This document shows positions 48,531 through 60,505 of a stretch of DNA of 64,000 nucleotides, in pieces. The stretch comes from Lama guanicoe (Eukaryota): contig MU056050.1 in assembly GCA_013239625.1 (NCBI GenBank), forward strand, positions 1,784,084-1,848,083, in the 5' to 3' direction. The stretch's first letter is position 1; each line of letters begins with the position of its first letter. The notes under the pieces are model-generated. The model was not told where the DNA came from. It saw only the letters and a list, made by a program, of their open reading frames with translations, and searched no databases. The position numbers were made by a program, and so were the translations under genes.

Positions 48531-49476
48531 GCAACACCACTTCTTGAAAGAAATTGCGCTGTGTGTGGGCTAACCTTCAGTTTTTAGTTAAGTTTCTCAT
48601 TAGCAGTACCTCTGTGCTTCAGTAATAAGAGCTCTGGATGAACATGTGTAAAGGAAAAGAAAATTACCAGCACTAATCAACCCTATGAGCTTCAAAAAAT
48701 TCACCCAACAGAAATCTACCTAAATAGAGATGTTGAAGTTGAGTGTCTTCAGGACATTACTCAGGGAAAATTGGTCTTAGTCCACTGAGGGTTGTAGTAA
48801 ACAGATCTGACTTGTTTCTTATAATAATTATCATTGTTATTATTATTTATAGACAGCTTTATTAAAACAGAATTAAATTGAAGATCAGATTAAGCAGAAT
48901 TCAAACTAAGTCAAGTTGAAAGCCTAGAATAAAGGGCCAAAAGGGAACAGCAGTGAGAAAGCGTAATAATAATAATAATACCTTGGATTTATATAGCTCT
49001 CATCCTCCCACAAGCGCAATGTGAATGTGAACAGCATATATAAGTGGATGAAGCAGTAAGTGTAGTTTTGGTTTTTGAGTCTAGATTTAAAAAGCTGTGG
49101 CAGAAGAGACTAGCAAATAGAGAATCAAGATCTTAAGAACAATTTGAAAAAGCTTCTCTTAGAAATACGTATTTCAAAAATGTGTCTGCTATTCCTGTTA
49201 AAGGGGTAGCATTCTCAAAATAAAATCAAGACTTACATATCAAAGAAAAGGGAATCAAATAGATGAACAAATAAGAGAGGATATATAAGTGACTGTGCCT
49301 CAGATATGACAATTAAAACGCTACCTTGTCCATGAAATGTCCCTCAATGGCCCCAGCTACAAGTGATCTCAACTCCCAAAACGTTTTTTGCACAGGTTTC
49401 ATGTGGTGCACACCTAGCTCATTCTACCTTGTGTTGGGATTATTTATGTATATTCCTACCTCTTTCAGCAGACCAC

Positions 49477-49648
49477 TAGTTCCCAAACTTAGTGCTCTTT
49501 AGAATCACAGTAGGAATGCATTAAAATCTGGATTTGGGGGCCTTCTTTTTAGAGATTTTTATTCAGTGAGTGTTGGGTGGGCCCTGGAATCGGAATTTTA
49601 ATATGCACTTCTGGTAATCTGGTGTGGGTGGTTCATGCCCAGACTGTG
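49477..49648. mobile_element. MER5-like hAT MITE
   Basis: 'tagttcccaaacttagtgctctttagaatcac...agagatttttattcagtgagtgttgggtgggccctggaatc'. Confidence 0.65.
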
Positions 49649-51314
49649 ACTCTCTGAGGGCAGAGACCTCAATCCACATTATATACATCTAGATTTAATT
49701 GAAGCACTTTATACAATGCTAAGCACATAATAGATTTCTCAAGACGTATTCATAAAATGGATAAATGTACATGAAATAACTAAATGTGCCAGGTGATCTA
49801 TACAAGGGATAAAAGAAGCAGTATAGTTTTCAAGTGCTGTGAAGTTCAGGGAAAGGTAATCTAATGAGCTAAAGTGACAGAAGTTTTCCTGGAGGTAGGT
49901 ATTCCTTAAGCTGGTCTCTGAAAGCAGGGTATTTAGAACAGTGATGGGGAGTGGGAGGAAGGTAGGGAAGGCAGTAGAAAGAGTGAGCAGTGGCACAAGT
50001 ATAGAAATATATGGGTTATGTTTAAAGAATAGTTATTAGAAATTCTTGTCTCTCTTTTTCAAAGTCAAAAGTAATAGATTCCCTTTTAATTTAATGCATG
50101 ATCAACAGATTTTTACTCCGCTCTGCTCCCCTAAGAATCAAATGACTTGCCTTTTCACGTGACTGCCAAGTGTCTTCAATTTAAAAATCCCAACTCCATA
50201 CACAGACCTTCAGGATCTAGCCGTTTCACATATTTATCCTCCTGAATGCAGACACAGACACACGCACACAAACATACAAAACCACCTTTCCAATTTCACT
50301 CAAGTGCCTGCAGTTCTTAAAGTTATAGTTCCTCTATGCCTTTCTCCCTCCTGCACCACATCTCCTATTCAGAGTAACTCCTCATCTCAAGACAAGCATC
50401 AGGTAAAACCAATTCTTTGACTACACATGAAGGTCTTGCCCAGCAATGGATTAAAGTGCCTCCTTGATGCTACTGTAGTTTCTTGTGCATGTTCTGGTAT
50501 GGGTCTTGAAAGAGGTGACATGGATTAAGGTCTATATGGTTAAAAATTACAACTAACACTATATATATTTAGTTAAATAATCTAACCCTAATTTACCTGT
50601 CTGCATTTGTATTTATTTTCAGAACAGCAAATACAATGCTTTATTACAGAGTAAACAGTAAGTTAGATATATTTTAGAATTTTGAAAAGAGAATAAACAA
50701 AATGATGGTTTCATTAAGTTACAAGCAGTTGTTCAAGTAAACACAGTTGTGTACACACTCATCCATTCTTCTTATCCTGATAATTTACAAACCAACACCT
50801 TTAGTATGTAAATTTTGTTTAATGACACTTGCCAGACGTTTTAATTATTGGATGTTACACAGAATGTGTAGACATTTTTTAATTGTAAAAGCTTAAAATC
50901 CTGTCAACCTGTCAACAGCCACATTTACAATATGTCCCTTTTTTAAAGTCAGAAACTATAGATCCACCTCAATTTAATGCATGATCAACAGGTTTTCACA
51001 GCTAACAAATAAACAAACTGGAACACATACTGTAAATGCCTAACACCATCCCAACAATGTTATGAGATTTCAACAGGCCCAATTTACTGCACAGTGAATT
51101 TGTGAAAATGAAAAAGAATAAAAGACTTTATTTTTGTAAGAGTGAAAGAGAGAGAAAGAGGTTAAGTCCCTGTCTTCATTAAGCATAAACAATTGCTGAA
51201 ATGTGAGAAAATCAATCAGTTGGTCTGAAATAGAAGCCAGAATTCATGCTAGACTTCTTTCTTTCCAATCCCACACAGCCCACCCCATCCTCCAGCCCAA
51301 GCTAACTTCTATTA

Positions 51315-51560
51315 TAGTGTTAAAGAGCATGGCGTATGGAGTCATAGATCTAAGTTAATAACCGTTAGTAATTGTGCAGCCTTAGGCAAGTTATTTAACC
51401 TCTCTCCATTATAGTCTCTCCATCCCTAAAATGGGAACATTAAAACCTATTTAATGAGTTTGTTAAATGCACTAAGTTGACATATATATGTTAAACATAT
51501 ATACATATATACATATAAAGAATGTGATGTTTAGGTACAGTGGTCAAGCACACAATGAAT
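51315..51560 (+). mobile_element. MIR SINE
   Basis: 'gccttaggcaagttatttaacctctctcc...aaaatgggaac'. Confidence 0.75.
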
Positions 51561-51679
51561 TCTAAAAAAAAACAGCATGAGGTACTCGATAAAAATCTAA
51601 CTTCCCATAGAGATATCTTAACTCATAAAATAATTTAGGTATAAGTATTTACTTTAGAGTGGAGTTATTCGTAAGTGGG

Positions 51680-52029
51680 TGTTAACAACTGAATGTATCC
51701 CCCCACAAGTTATATACTGAAACCCTACCCTGCAACATGATGGTACTAGGCGGAGGGGCCTTTGGGAGGGGATTAGGATTAGATGAAATCTTGAAGGTAG
51801 AATCCTCACGTATGGGCTTAGTGTCCTTTTAAGAGTCACAAAGCTTGCTTCCTCCCTTTGTTCTCTGCTCTCTGATTCAATACATCAGTAGTCTGCAACC
51901 TGGAAGAGGATCCTCACCAAACTCGACCATGCTGGCACCCTGATCTTCAACCTCAGGAACTGTGAGAAATAAGTTTCTGTTGTTTATAAGCCAGCAGTCT
52001 ATGGCACTTGTTACAGCAGCCCTAAGACT
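51680..52029 (+). mobile_element. ERVL-MaLR solo LTR (MLT1A-like)
   Basis: 'gatggtactaggcggaggggcctttgggagg...gaactgtgagaaataagtttctgttgtttataagcc...acagcagccctaagac'. Confidence 0.85.
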
Positions 52030-52404
52030 GGGTGGAAACTGTGATCTCTATTCAGTCAGGTAAGAATTACAGCAGACTGAAATTACATGACAATCTGTAG
52101 GGCTTCACAACCAGTTAATCAGAGATTGCCAGAGTGTGGCCATTCCAAGAGCTACTGCATCTCACTTTCTTTATGGCCCATTAGCATTTGTAATGTAAAG
52201 TAGAAAGCTCCCATCATGGAGCTCCCAACACAGTCAGCAGGACCATCATCATCTGATCTTCACCCTCTGCTCAGGGAACCTCCCCCTGCTCCAAGCAGAA
52301 CTTGTTTCTGGGTAATGGATTAGAGTTTCAAAATTAAAGAGTTTTTAAAAGATTTTTAATTTTGAAATAAAATTCATGTAACAAAATTCATCATTTTAAC
52401 CATT

Positions 52405-52442
52405 TTAAGAGTCTCACGCTCTACCGACTGAGCTAGCTGGGC
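52405..52442 (-). pseudogene. Tailless retrocopy of the 5' half of tRNA-Lys(CTT)
   Basis: Minus strand reads GCCCAGCTAGCTCAGTCGGTAGAGCGTGAGACTCTTAA, about two differences from the recalled mammalian tRNA-Lys-CTT 5' half. It ends in the anticodon loop and has an 18-bp direct repeat on both sides. Confidence 0.9.
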
Positions 52443-52578
52443 AACTTCATTTTAACCATTTTAAAGTGTACAATTCAGTGTTTTTAGTATTTGCAAAATA
52501 CTGTGCAACCATCACAAATATCCAATTTCAGATCATTTTCACCACTCTATAAAGAAATCTTGCATCCATTACACACAC

Positions 52579-54074
52579 TTTTTTTAATTGAAGTATCATC
52601 AGTTCACAATGCTATGTCAATTTCTCATGTAACAGCATAATGTTTCAGTCATATATATACATACATATATTCGTTTTCATACTTTTTTTCATTAAAGGTT
52701 ACTACAAGATATTGAAAATAGTTCCCAGTGTTATACAGTATAAATTTGTTGTTTATCTATTTCATATATACCAGTTAGTATTTGCAAATCTCAAACTCCC
52801 AATTTATCTCTTCACACCCTCTTTCCTGCTTGGTAACCATAGTTTGTTTTCTATGTCTGTGAGTCTGTTTCTGCTGTGTAAATACGTTTGTGTCTTTTTT
52901 TTTTTTTTTAGATTACATTCATGGGGGCTATCTTATGGTTTTTTTTTTACTATCATAGGTATTTTTCTTTCTCTTTCTGGCTTACTTCACTTAGAATGAT
53001 GATCTCCAGGTCCATTCGTGTTGCTGCAAATGGCATTTTATTCTTTTTTATAGCTGAGTAGTATTTCATTGTATAAATATACCACAACTTTTTTATCCAG
53101 TCCTCTGTTGGTGACATTTAGATTATTTCCACATCTTGGCTATTATAAATAGTGCTGCTATGAATATTAGAGTGCATGTATCTTTTTGAATTAGAATTCC
53201 CTCCAGATATCTGCCTAGGAATGGGATTGCTGTCTCATATGGTAAGTCTATTTCTAGTCTTTTGAGGAATCTCCATACTGTTTTCCATAATGGCTGCACC
53301 AAACTGCATTCCCACCAACAGTGTTGGAGGGTTCCCTTTTCTCCACACCCTCTCCAGCACTTGTCCTTTGTGAATTTTTAAATGCTGGCCATTCTGACTG
53401 GTGTGAAGTGACACCTCATTGTAGTTTTGATTTTATTTCTCTGATAATTAGCAATACTGAGCATTTTTTCATGTGCTTATTGGCCTTTTGTATGTCTTCA
53501 TTGGAGAATTGCTTGTTTAGGTCTTCTGCCAAGTTTTGGATTGAGTTTTTGGGGGTTTTTGTTATTAAGTTGTATGAGCTGTTTATATATTCTGGACATT
53601 AAGCCTTTGTCAGTCTCATCATTTGCAGATATTTTCTCCCATTCTGTAAATTGCTGTTTTGTTTTGCCTATGATTTCCTTTGCTGTGCAAAAGATTACAA
53701 GTTTAATTAGGTCCCATTTGTTTATGTTTGTTTTTATTCCTATTGCCTGGGTAGACTGCCCTAGGAGAACATTGCTAAGATTTAAGTCAGAAAATGTTTT
53801 ACCTATGTTTTCTTCTAGGAGGTTTATGGTGTCTTGTCTTATGTTTAATTCTTTAAGCCAGTTTGAGTTTATTTTTGTGTATGGTGTGAGGGGGTGTTCT
53901 AACTTCATTGATTTACATACAGCTGTCTAGTCTTCCCCACCCCACCTGCTGAAGAGACTATCTTTACTCCATTGTATATTCTTGCTTCCTCAGTTGAAGA
54001 TTAACTGACCACGAGTCTGTGGGTTTATTTCTGGGCTCTCTGTTCTGTTCCACTGAGCCATGTGTCTGTTTTTG
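52579..54074 (-). mobile_element. Younger 5'-truncated L1 nested in the old L1M
   Basis: T-tail, 3' UTR and ORF2 C-terminal ORF 53498..53908 (LTPYTKINSNWLKELNIR...KWDLIKL). Approximate TSD cattacacacactttt (52567-52582) / cattacacactcactttt (54075-54092). Confidence 0.92.
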
Positions 54075-54187
54075 CATTACACACTCACTTTTAATTCCCC
54101 ACTCCCCTAAACCCTGGTAACTACTAATCTGCTTTCTGTCTGTATACATTTATCCATTCTAAATATTATATATAAATAGAATCATAT

Positions 54188-54549
54188 CATCTTAGTCCAT
54201 CCAAGATGCTATAACAAAGTACCATAGACTGGGTGGCTTATAAACAACAAACATTTACTTCTCACAGTTCTGAGGGCTGGGAAGTCCAAGATCAATGTGG
54301 CAGCGCATTCACATTTTGATGAGATCTCTTCCTGGCTCATAGCCAGCACCTTTTGTTGTGTCCTCACATGGTGAAAGGGACCAGGGATCTCTCTGGAGCC
54401 TCTTTTATAAAGCATTAATTCCATTCAGGAGAGCTCCAACCTCATGACTCAAGCATCTCCCAAAAGCTCCACCTCCTAATAGTATCATCTTTTGAGGTTA
54501 GGATTTCAGCATATGAATTTTAGGACGAACAAAAATTTAGACCGTAGCA
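54188..54549 (-). mobile_element. ERVL-MaLR solo LTR (MLT1A-like) nested in the old L1M
   Basis: 'tcttagtccatccaagatgctataacaaagtaccatagactgggtggcttataaacaac...ttagaccgtagca'; probable TSD catat/cgtat. Confidence 0.88.
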
Positions 54550-56889
54550 CGTATGTGATTTTTTGTGTCTGGCTTCTTTCACTAAGCATGTTTTCAAAGG
54601 TTTATTAATGTTGTAGCATGTATCAGTACTTCATTCTTTATGGCTGAATAATAGTCCATTAAAGGGATTAAATGTATAAATATTTGAATAATTTATACTT
54701 TGGGCTATTATGAATAATTCTGCCACGTACAGTCATGTACAGGTTTTTGTGTGAACATGTTTTCAGTTATCTCAGTATATGGCTAGGAGTGGAATTTCTG
54801 GGCCATGAAGTAATTCTCTAACATTTTGAGGAACTACTATACTGTTTCCCACAGTGCTCTCATCATTTCACATTTCCACCAGCAATGTATGAAGGTTCCA
54901 ATCTTTCCACATCCTCACCCAAAATTGTTATTTTCCTATTTAAAAAAAAATAGCCATCTTAGTGAGTGTGAATTCATATCTTGTGGTTTTAATTTACATT
55001 CTCCTGATAACTACTGATGTTGAGCACATTTTCATGGGCTTGTTGGCCATTTGTATACCTTCTTTTGAGATGCATCTATTCAAGTGTTTTTCTCATTTTT
55101 AAATGGGATCATTTATTGTTTTATTGAGTTCTTTATGTATTCTCGATAACAGACACTTATTAGATGTATGATTTTCATTCTTTCAATTGTCTTTTCATTA
55201 TCTTGATACTGTCCTTAATAAACAATTTTTTAAAATTTTGTTGAAGTCATATTATGTGTTTTTCTTTAGTTGCTTGTGCTTTTGGTGCCATATTAAAGAA
55301 AATGTTAATGTTGACTAAATAAAGGTCATGGAGATTAATACGTATATTTTCTTCCAAGGGTTTTTTAACTTTAGGTCTTACATTTAGATCTTTGATCCAG
55401 TTTGAGTTAATTTTTATATGGTATGAGATAGAATTCTAAAATCATTCTTTTGCATATGGAAATTCAATTGTCCAAAGATCATTTATTGAAACAACTTTTC
55501 TTTCACCATTGAATGATTTGGAACTGTTGTCAAAGAGCAACTGACCATCAATGTATGGGTTTATTTCTCAATTCTCAATTATCTTCCATTAATCTCTGTA
55601 TTTATCCTTATGCCAAAGCCACACAGTTTTGATTACTGTATTAATTATTGAAATTGAGAAATGTGAATCTCACTTTGTTCTTTTTTCTCATGATTGCTTT
55701 TTGTGTTCAATTTTGTGTCCTTTCCAATTCCATATGAATTTTAGTATAAACTTGTGATTTCTGCACACACAAAAAAAGGGCAGTAGGGAATTTAATAGGG
55801 ATTGCACTAATTCCATAAATTTGGAGAGTGTTCCATCTTCCTATCCATGAACATAGGATATTTTTCCAATTTTTTTCAACATTTTGTAGTTTTCAGTGTT
55901 TAAGTCTTGCACATCCTTCATTAAAGTTATTCCCAAGTATTTTATTCTTTTAGATGCTATTGTAAAGGAAATTTTTTTTATTTCATTTCTGAATTGCTTG
56001 TTACTAGTGTACAGAAATACAGCTGGGTTTTGTAAATTGATCTTGTTTCCTATAACTATGCTGAACTTGTTTATTAACTCTAAGAGTTTTTTTGTGGTTT
56101 CTTTAGGATTTCTGATATAAAAGATAATATCAACTGCAAATAAACATTGCTTTACTTCTTCTTTTCTGATTTGGATGTCTTTTATTTCTTCTTCTTGCCT
56201 AACTGCCCTGGCTAGAATTTCCACTACAATGTGGAACAGAAGTTGTGAAAGCAGTTATTAAGGGGAAGGCTTCCAGTCTTTTACCATTAACCATGATGTT
56301 AACTGTGGGTATTTCATAGATGCCCTTTATCATTTTGAGGAAGCTCCCTTCTATTTCTAGTTTATTGAGTGTTCCTGTCATCAAAGGATACTGGATTTTG
56401 TTAAATGATTTTTCTGCATCTAATGAGATAATCATGTGTTTTTCTTTCACTCCATCAATATAGTACATTATATTGATTGAACTTCATATGTTGAACCAGT
56501 CTTGCACACTTGGGATAAAGTCCATTTGGTCATGGTATATAGCCCTTTTAATGTGTTGATAGATTTGGTTTCCTACTATGTTGTTGAGAATTTTTGCATT
56601 CACATTCAGAAGAGATGTTGGTCTATAGTTTTCTTTTCTTATAATATCTTTGTCTGGATTTGGTATCAGAATAATATTGGCCTCATAGAATTAGTTAGGA
56701 AGTGTTCCTTCCTCTTCTATATTTTGGGAGAATGATTGATGTTAATTCTTTAAACATTTGGTGGAATTCAGCAGTAAAGCCATCTGGTCCTGGCTTTTGT
56801 TGTTGTTGTTGTTGTTGCTGCTGGGAGGTTTTTGATTACTAACTCAATCTCTTTACTTGCTATAGTGCTGTTAAGATTTCTACATTTTT

Positions 56890-57355
56890 GCAGTTGTAAA
56901 ATATGATTTTAATTTTTAACCATTTTTATTGAAGTATAGTTGATTTACAATGTTATGTTAGTTTCTAGTGTACAGCAAGGTGATTCTGGTTTTATATATA
57001 TATTAATATTATTTGAAGATATTGAATATAGTTCCCTGTGCTATATAGTAGGTCTTTGTTGTTTATCTGTTTTATATATAGTAATGTGTATCTGCTAATC
57101 CAAAACTCCTAATTTACCCCTTCCCTGCCCTTTCCCCTTTGGTAAGCACAGTTTGTTTTCTATGCCTGTGAACGTATTTTTGGTTTGTAAGTAAGGTTTG
57201 CATAATTTTTGTTTTTAGATTCCACATATATGTGGTATCATATGATATTTGTCTTTCTCTGTCTGACTTACTTCACTTAATATGATAATCTCTAGGTCCA
57301 TCCATGTTGTTGCAAGTGGCATTGTTTCTTTTTTTACAGCTGAGTAATATTCCAT
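56890..57355 (-). mobile_element. Younger L1 3' UTR fragment nested in the old L1M ORF2
   Basis: 'tttttattgaagtatagttgatttacaatgtt...gaatatagttccctgtgctata...ctgagtaatattccatt'. Confidence 0.88.
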
Positions 57356-57677
57356 TACATATTTCTTGTGTCAGTTTTGGTAGTTTGTGTGACATAAGGA
57401 ATTTTTCCATATCACCTAGGTATTTAATTTGTTGGCATACAGTTGTTTCTAGTATTGTCTTATAATCATTTGTATTTCTTTAAGATCAGTGGTAATGACC
57501 CTGTTTTTCTTTCCTGATATTCATAATATGAGTAGTCTTTTTTTTCTTGGTAAGTCTAGCTAAAGTTTTTTTAATTGTGTTTATCTTTTTAAAGAACCAA
57601 CTTTGAGGTTTTTTGATTTTTCTCTTGTTTTTTAATTACTCATTTCATTTATATCTGATCTAATCTTTATTATTTTA

Positions 57678-57907
57678 GAGACAGCAAGTAGATCAATGAT
57701 TGACTAGTAGTGGGTGGGAATGGGCAATGACTTAAGATGGATATGAGGGATCTTTTTAGAGTTATTAAAATGTTCCAAAATTGGATTGTGGTAATAGATG
57801 CACAATTCTGCACACTTCCTAACAATTATTGAATTGTACACTTAAAATGGGTACATCATACATTTTATGATATGCAAATTATACCTCAATAAAGCTGTTT
57901 TTTTAAA
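57678..57907 (+). mobile_element. Old L1MB-type 3' terminus on the plus strand
   Basis: 'agagacagcaagtagatcaatgattg...aaaattggattgtggtaatag...attatacctcaataaagctgtt'. Confidence 0.8.
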
Positions 57908-58125
57908 TCCCCACCTCTGCCACTTAGTAATTAGGTGATCTTGGGCAAAATATTTAATTTGTATAAGCTTCAGTTTCCTCATCTGCTAGATGAGAATAAT
58001 AGTTTCCACTTCAGAAATTTATCTTGAGAGTTAGACATCATGTACATCGTGTATATAGAATTACAGATGATATATGTAAAGTAACACAACTTTTGATGCA
58101 TCATAGATTTTCAATAAACATCAAT
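57908..58125 (+). mobile_element. MIR SINE
   Basis: 'tctgccacttagtaattaggtgatcttgggcaaa...cttcagtttcctcatctg'. Confidence 0.8.
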
Positions 58126-60274
58126 TACCTTTCCACTTCTATGTAAACATCAATTACCTTTCCACTTCTATTAAATGGTGGTGGTGGTGGTGATACTAAT
58201 GAGGAGAAAGAGGAAAATCTCACTCTGCTCAGACTTTGAAGCATAAGCAATCCACATTCAGCCTAGATCCAGCTGGGAGATCACTAGAGTAGAACCAAAC
58301 TGGTACTTGAAAAAAAAAAGTTTATAAAGTATACCCTGAAACATATTTAGATTTTTTAAAATTGTCTGTAATGTAAAATAATTTTGAGGTAAAACTTAGT
58401 CTTAAAGAGAATAGCATGATTTATTTTAGTTATAGTGTTCATAGATTGGTTCAAGTCTCTAGCTTGGTGGAAGGAAAAATGTTTTGGTTTAGGTCTGATT
58501 CCATAGGTCCTAAATTGTGGGAAACAATGAAGTTCTGAAAATCTTTACCTTGAGAGTACTTTGAAGACTTAAGTTCCCCCAAAATGTCTATATTAGGGCT
58601 AGGGTCCAGACCACATTTTGCACTAAAACAGTCTCTGCTTTCTCCTCAAAACCTACAAAGGGTAGGAGACAGTGGACTGTTAGCAGAGCTCTACTCTGAG
58701 TAGTTTGGAAACTAGGCAATCACAGAGTCTCAGCATGGGAAGTGACCTTTCTTTGGAAATATCTGATACAGAAGAATGCCAAATGTCATCTCAGGTTCCT
58801 AGAAAAGTAGCCAAACTTGCTGATTCTATGTTGTTGTAGTTCTAAATGACTTCCCATTTAGGAGTTGTCCTCACGGAGCTACAGAGATACATAGTAAAAG
58901 TGTGACAAGAGATGGGAGACAGGTCAGCATACTAAAATGGCCCCTTCTCAACAACTGCTTGGTAAATCTGACCACCACTGGAATTCTCTCTATCCTGGGG
59001 CTAAGCAACAGGGAGAGAAAATAGGATAAAAATTTCTATAAAATCTAAAATTTGAGGGAGATAAGGAAAAGAAGATCTGACACTATGATAATGTAAGAAG
59101 TATATTTTCAGGGTGTCTCTCATTTCCACACTAAATCTCTTCTCAAGGACTTGCCCCTTTCTTTAACTTGGCATTCAGTCATAGATGTATTACTAAGTAG
59201 CTATGACACTGAGCACACAACTTGAACCTTTCTGGGTTTCAGTTGCTTCATATGTTAGATGGCAAAAACAATCAAATTTATCTAACAGAGTCCTTATAAG
59301 GAGGTAATTAAGGAGGTAATAAAGCAACTGGAAAACACCTAGTTCAGTGCCTGGCATATAAAATATACTTAGTTAAATTCCTATTGAATTCAAAGTCCAT
59401 ATGATAAACTTCTGTCACTTCAGATAATAATAAACACTATGTTCAGGTGAACAGAGGGTATCAGTACAAGGGAGTAAAGAATCATGATCACAAATTTCAT
59501 CTAACACACAAAAAAGGAAGAAAGGGCAGCGAAAACTGGAGCCTAGGTCAAAAGTATACATGGGGCATGGGGTAGAGACAGGGACAAGAATTACAGGGAG
59601 AGGCATTCACATAAGACCTGTAGCACAAGGCTACATTATGGATGTAGCTATAATGTAGTATTCCAAATACCATGATTTCCAAGACATGGTATTTGGAATA
59701 GTTTAGCTCTTTAACTGTTTACTTAAAGAATCTGAATCAATGTGAGGTAGCACTATTTGCTTATATATGCCCTAACAAGTCTTTAAAGACTAAGTGAGTT
59801 GGCAAGAAAAGAATGAATATTTGGCGATTCTAGTGTAATTCCTGGGGCCTTCCTAGAACCATCTGTGAGGTGAGACTTGGCAAAGGAGCAAATTAAATAA
59901 TTGTGTCATTAAGCAACATGCATATTCATGCAGACGCTGTTGTTTATACATTCTTTTCTGTCATAGCTAAATAAAACACAGCACCATTTACATGCAAATC
60001 ACCACATAAGGAGTCTACCACAGTTCTAAATGACTGAAGGGCGTGTTATTGGGTACTGGCTTTCCAAGTCCCTGGGAATTACAGTGAGCCACCCAAAAGA
60101 GGTCAATTGGTGTGCTCCCTTAGATCAAGAAGCAAAGGCTAGCAAGACTGTGAGCCCAGGGAGTAAGGGCATCTGTATCACAAGGGCCGGGGCAAAGATG
60201 AATCAGAGGCCAGGTAGGCCACAGAAATGAAGGGTCCTCCTTGATAAGAATGAGGCAAAAGGGAAGAGAACTGG

Positions 60275-60505
60275 TATTACTAAGTGTCTACAATATATCA
60301 GGTTCTATGCTAGGAGTTTTATACAAATTATCTCAAATAATCCTCTTAATAACCTTCTGAAATACACAGTATTGCAGTCCCACGGTACAAATGAAGAAAC
60401 TGAGACTCATTGAGGCTTGCCTTGGGTGACACCAGCTCATAAAACTGAGCTTAGTTCTCTCTGAATCCGAAGTCTATGTCCCTCCACCACAGTATGTTAT
60501 CTCCA
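60275..60505 (-). mobile_element. MIR SINE
   Basis: 'tacaaatgaagaaactgagactca', 'ttactaagtgtctacaatatatcaggttctatgctagg'. Confidence 0.75.

Larger units (their letters stand above)
52345..57677 (-). mobile_element. Old L1M (MA/MB-type), 3' end through ORF2 RT region, hosting four nested insertions
   Basis: 3' end 'ttttaaagtgtacaattcagtg...tgtgcaaccatcac'. RT remnants in ORFs 55841..56224 (EILARAVRQEEEIKDIQIRKEEVKQCLFAVD) and 56199..56468 (HMIISLDAEKSFNKIQYP). Confidence 0.88.

Noticed and set aside
52405..52442. Functional tRNA-Lys gene
   Set aside because: Only the 5' half is present: no T arm/B box and no 3' acceptor strand.
52640..53930. Hydrophobic plus-strand ORFs (119, 93 and 129 aa)
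   Set aside because: Antisense to the nested L1; T-rich sequence yields Phe/Leu-rich stop-poor frames.
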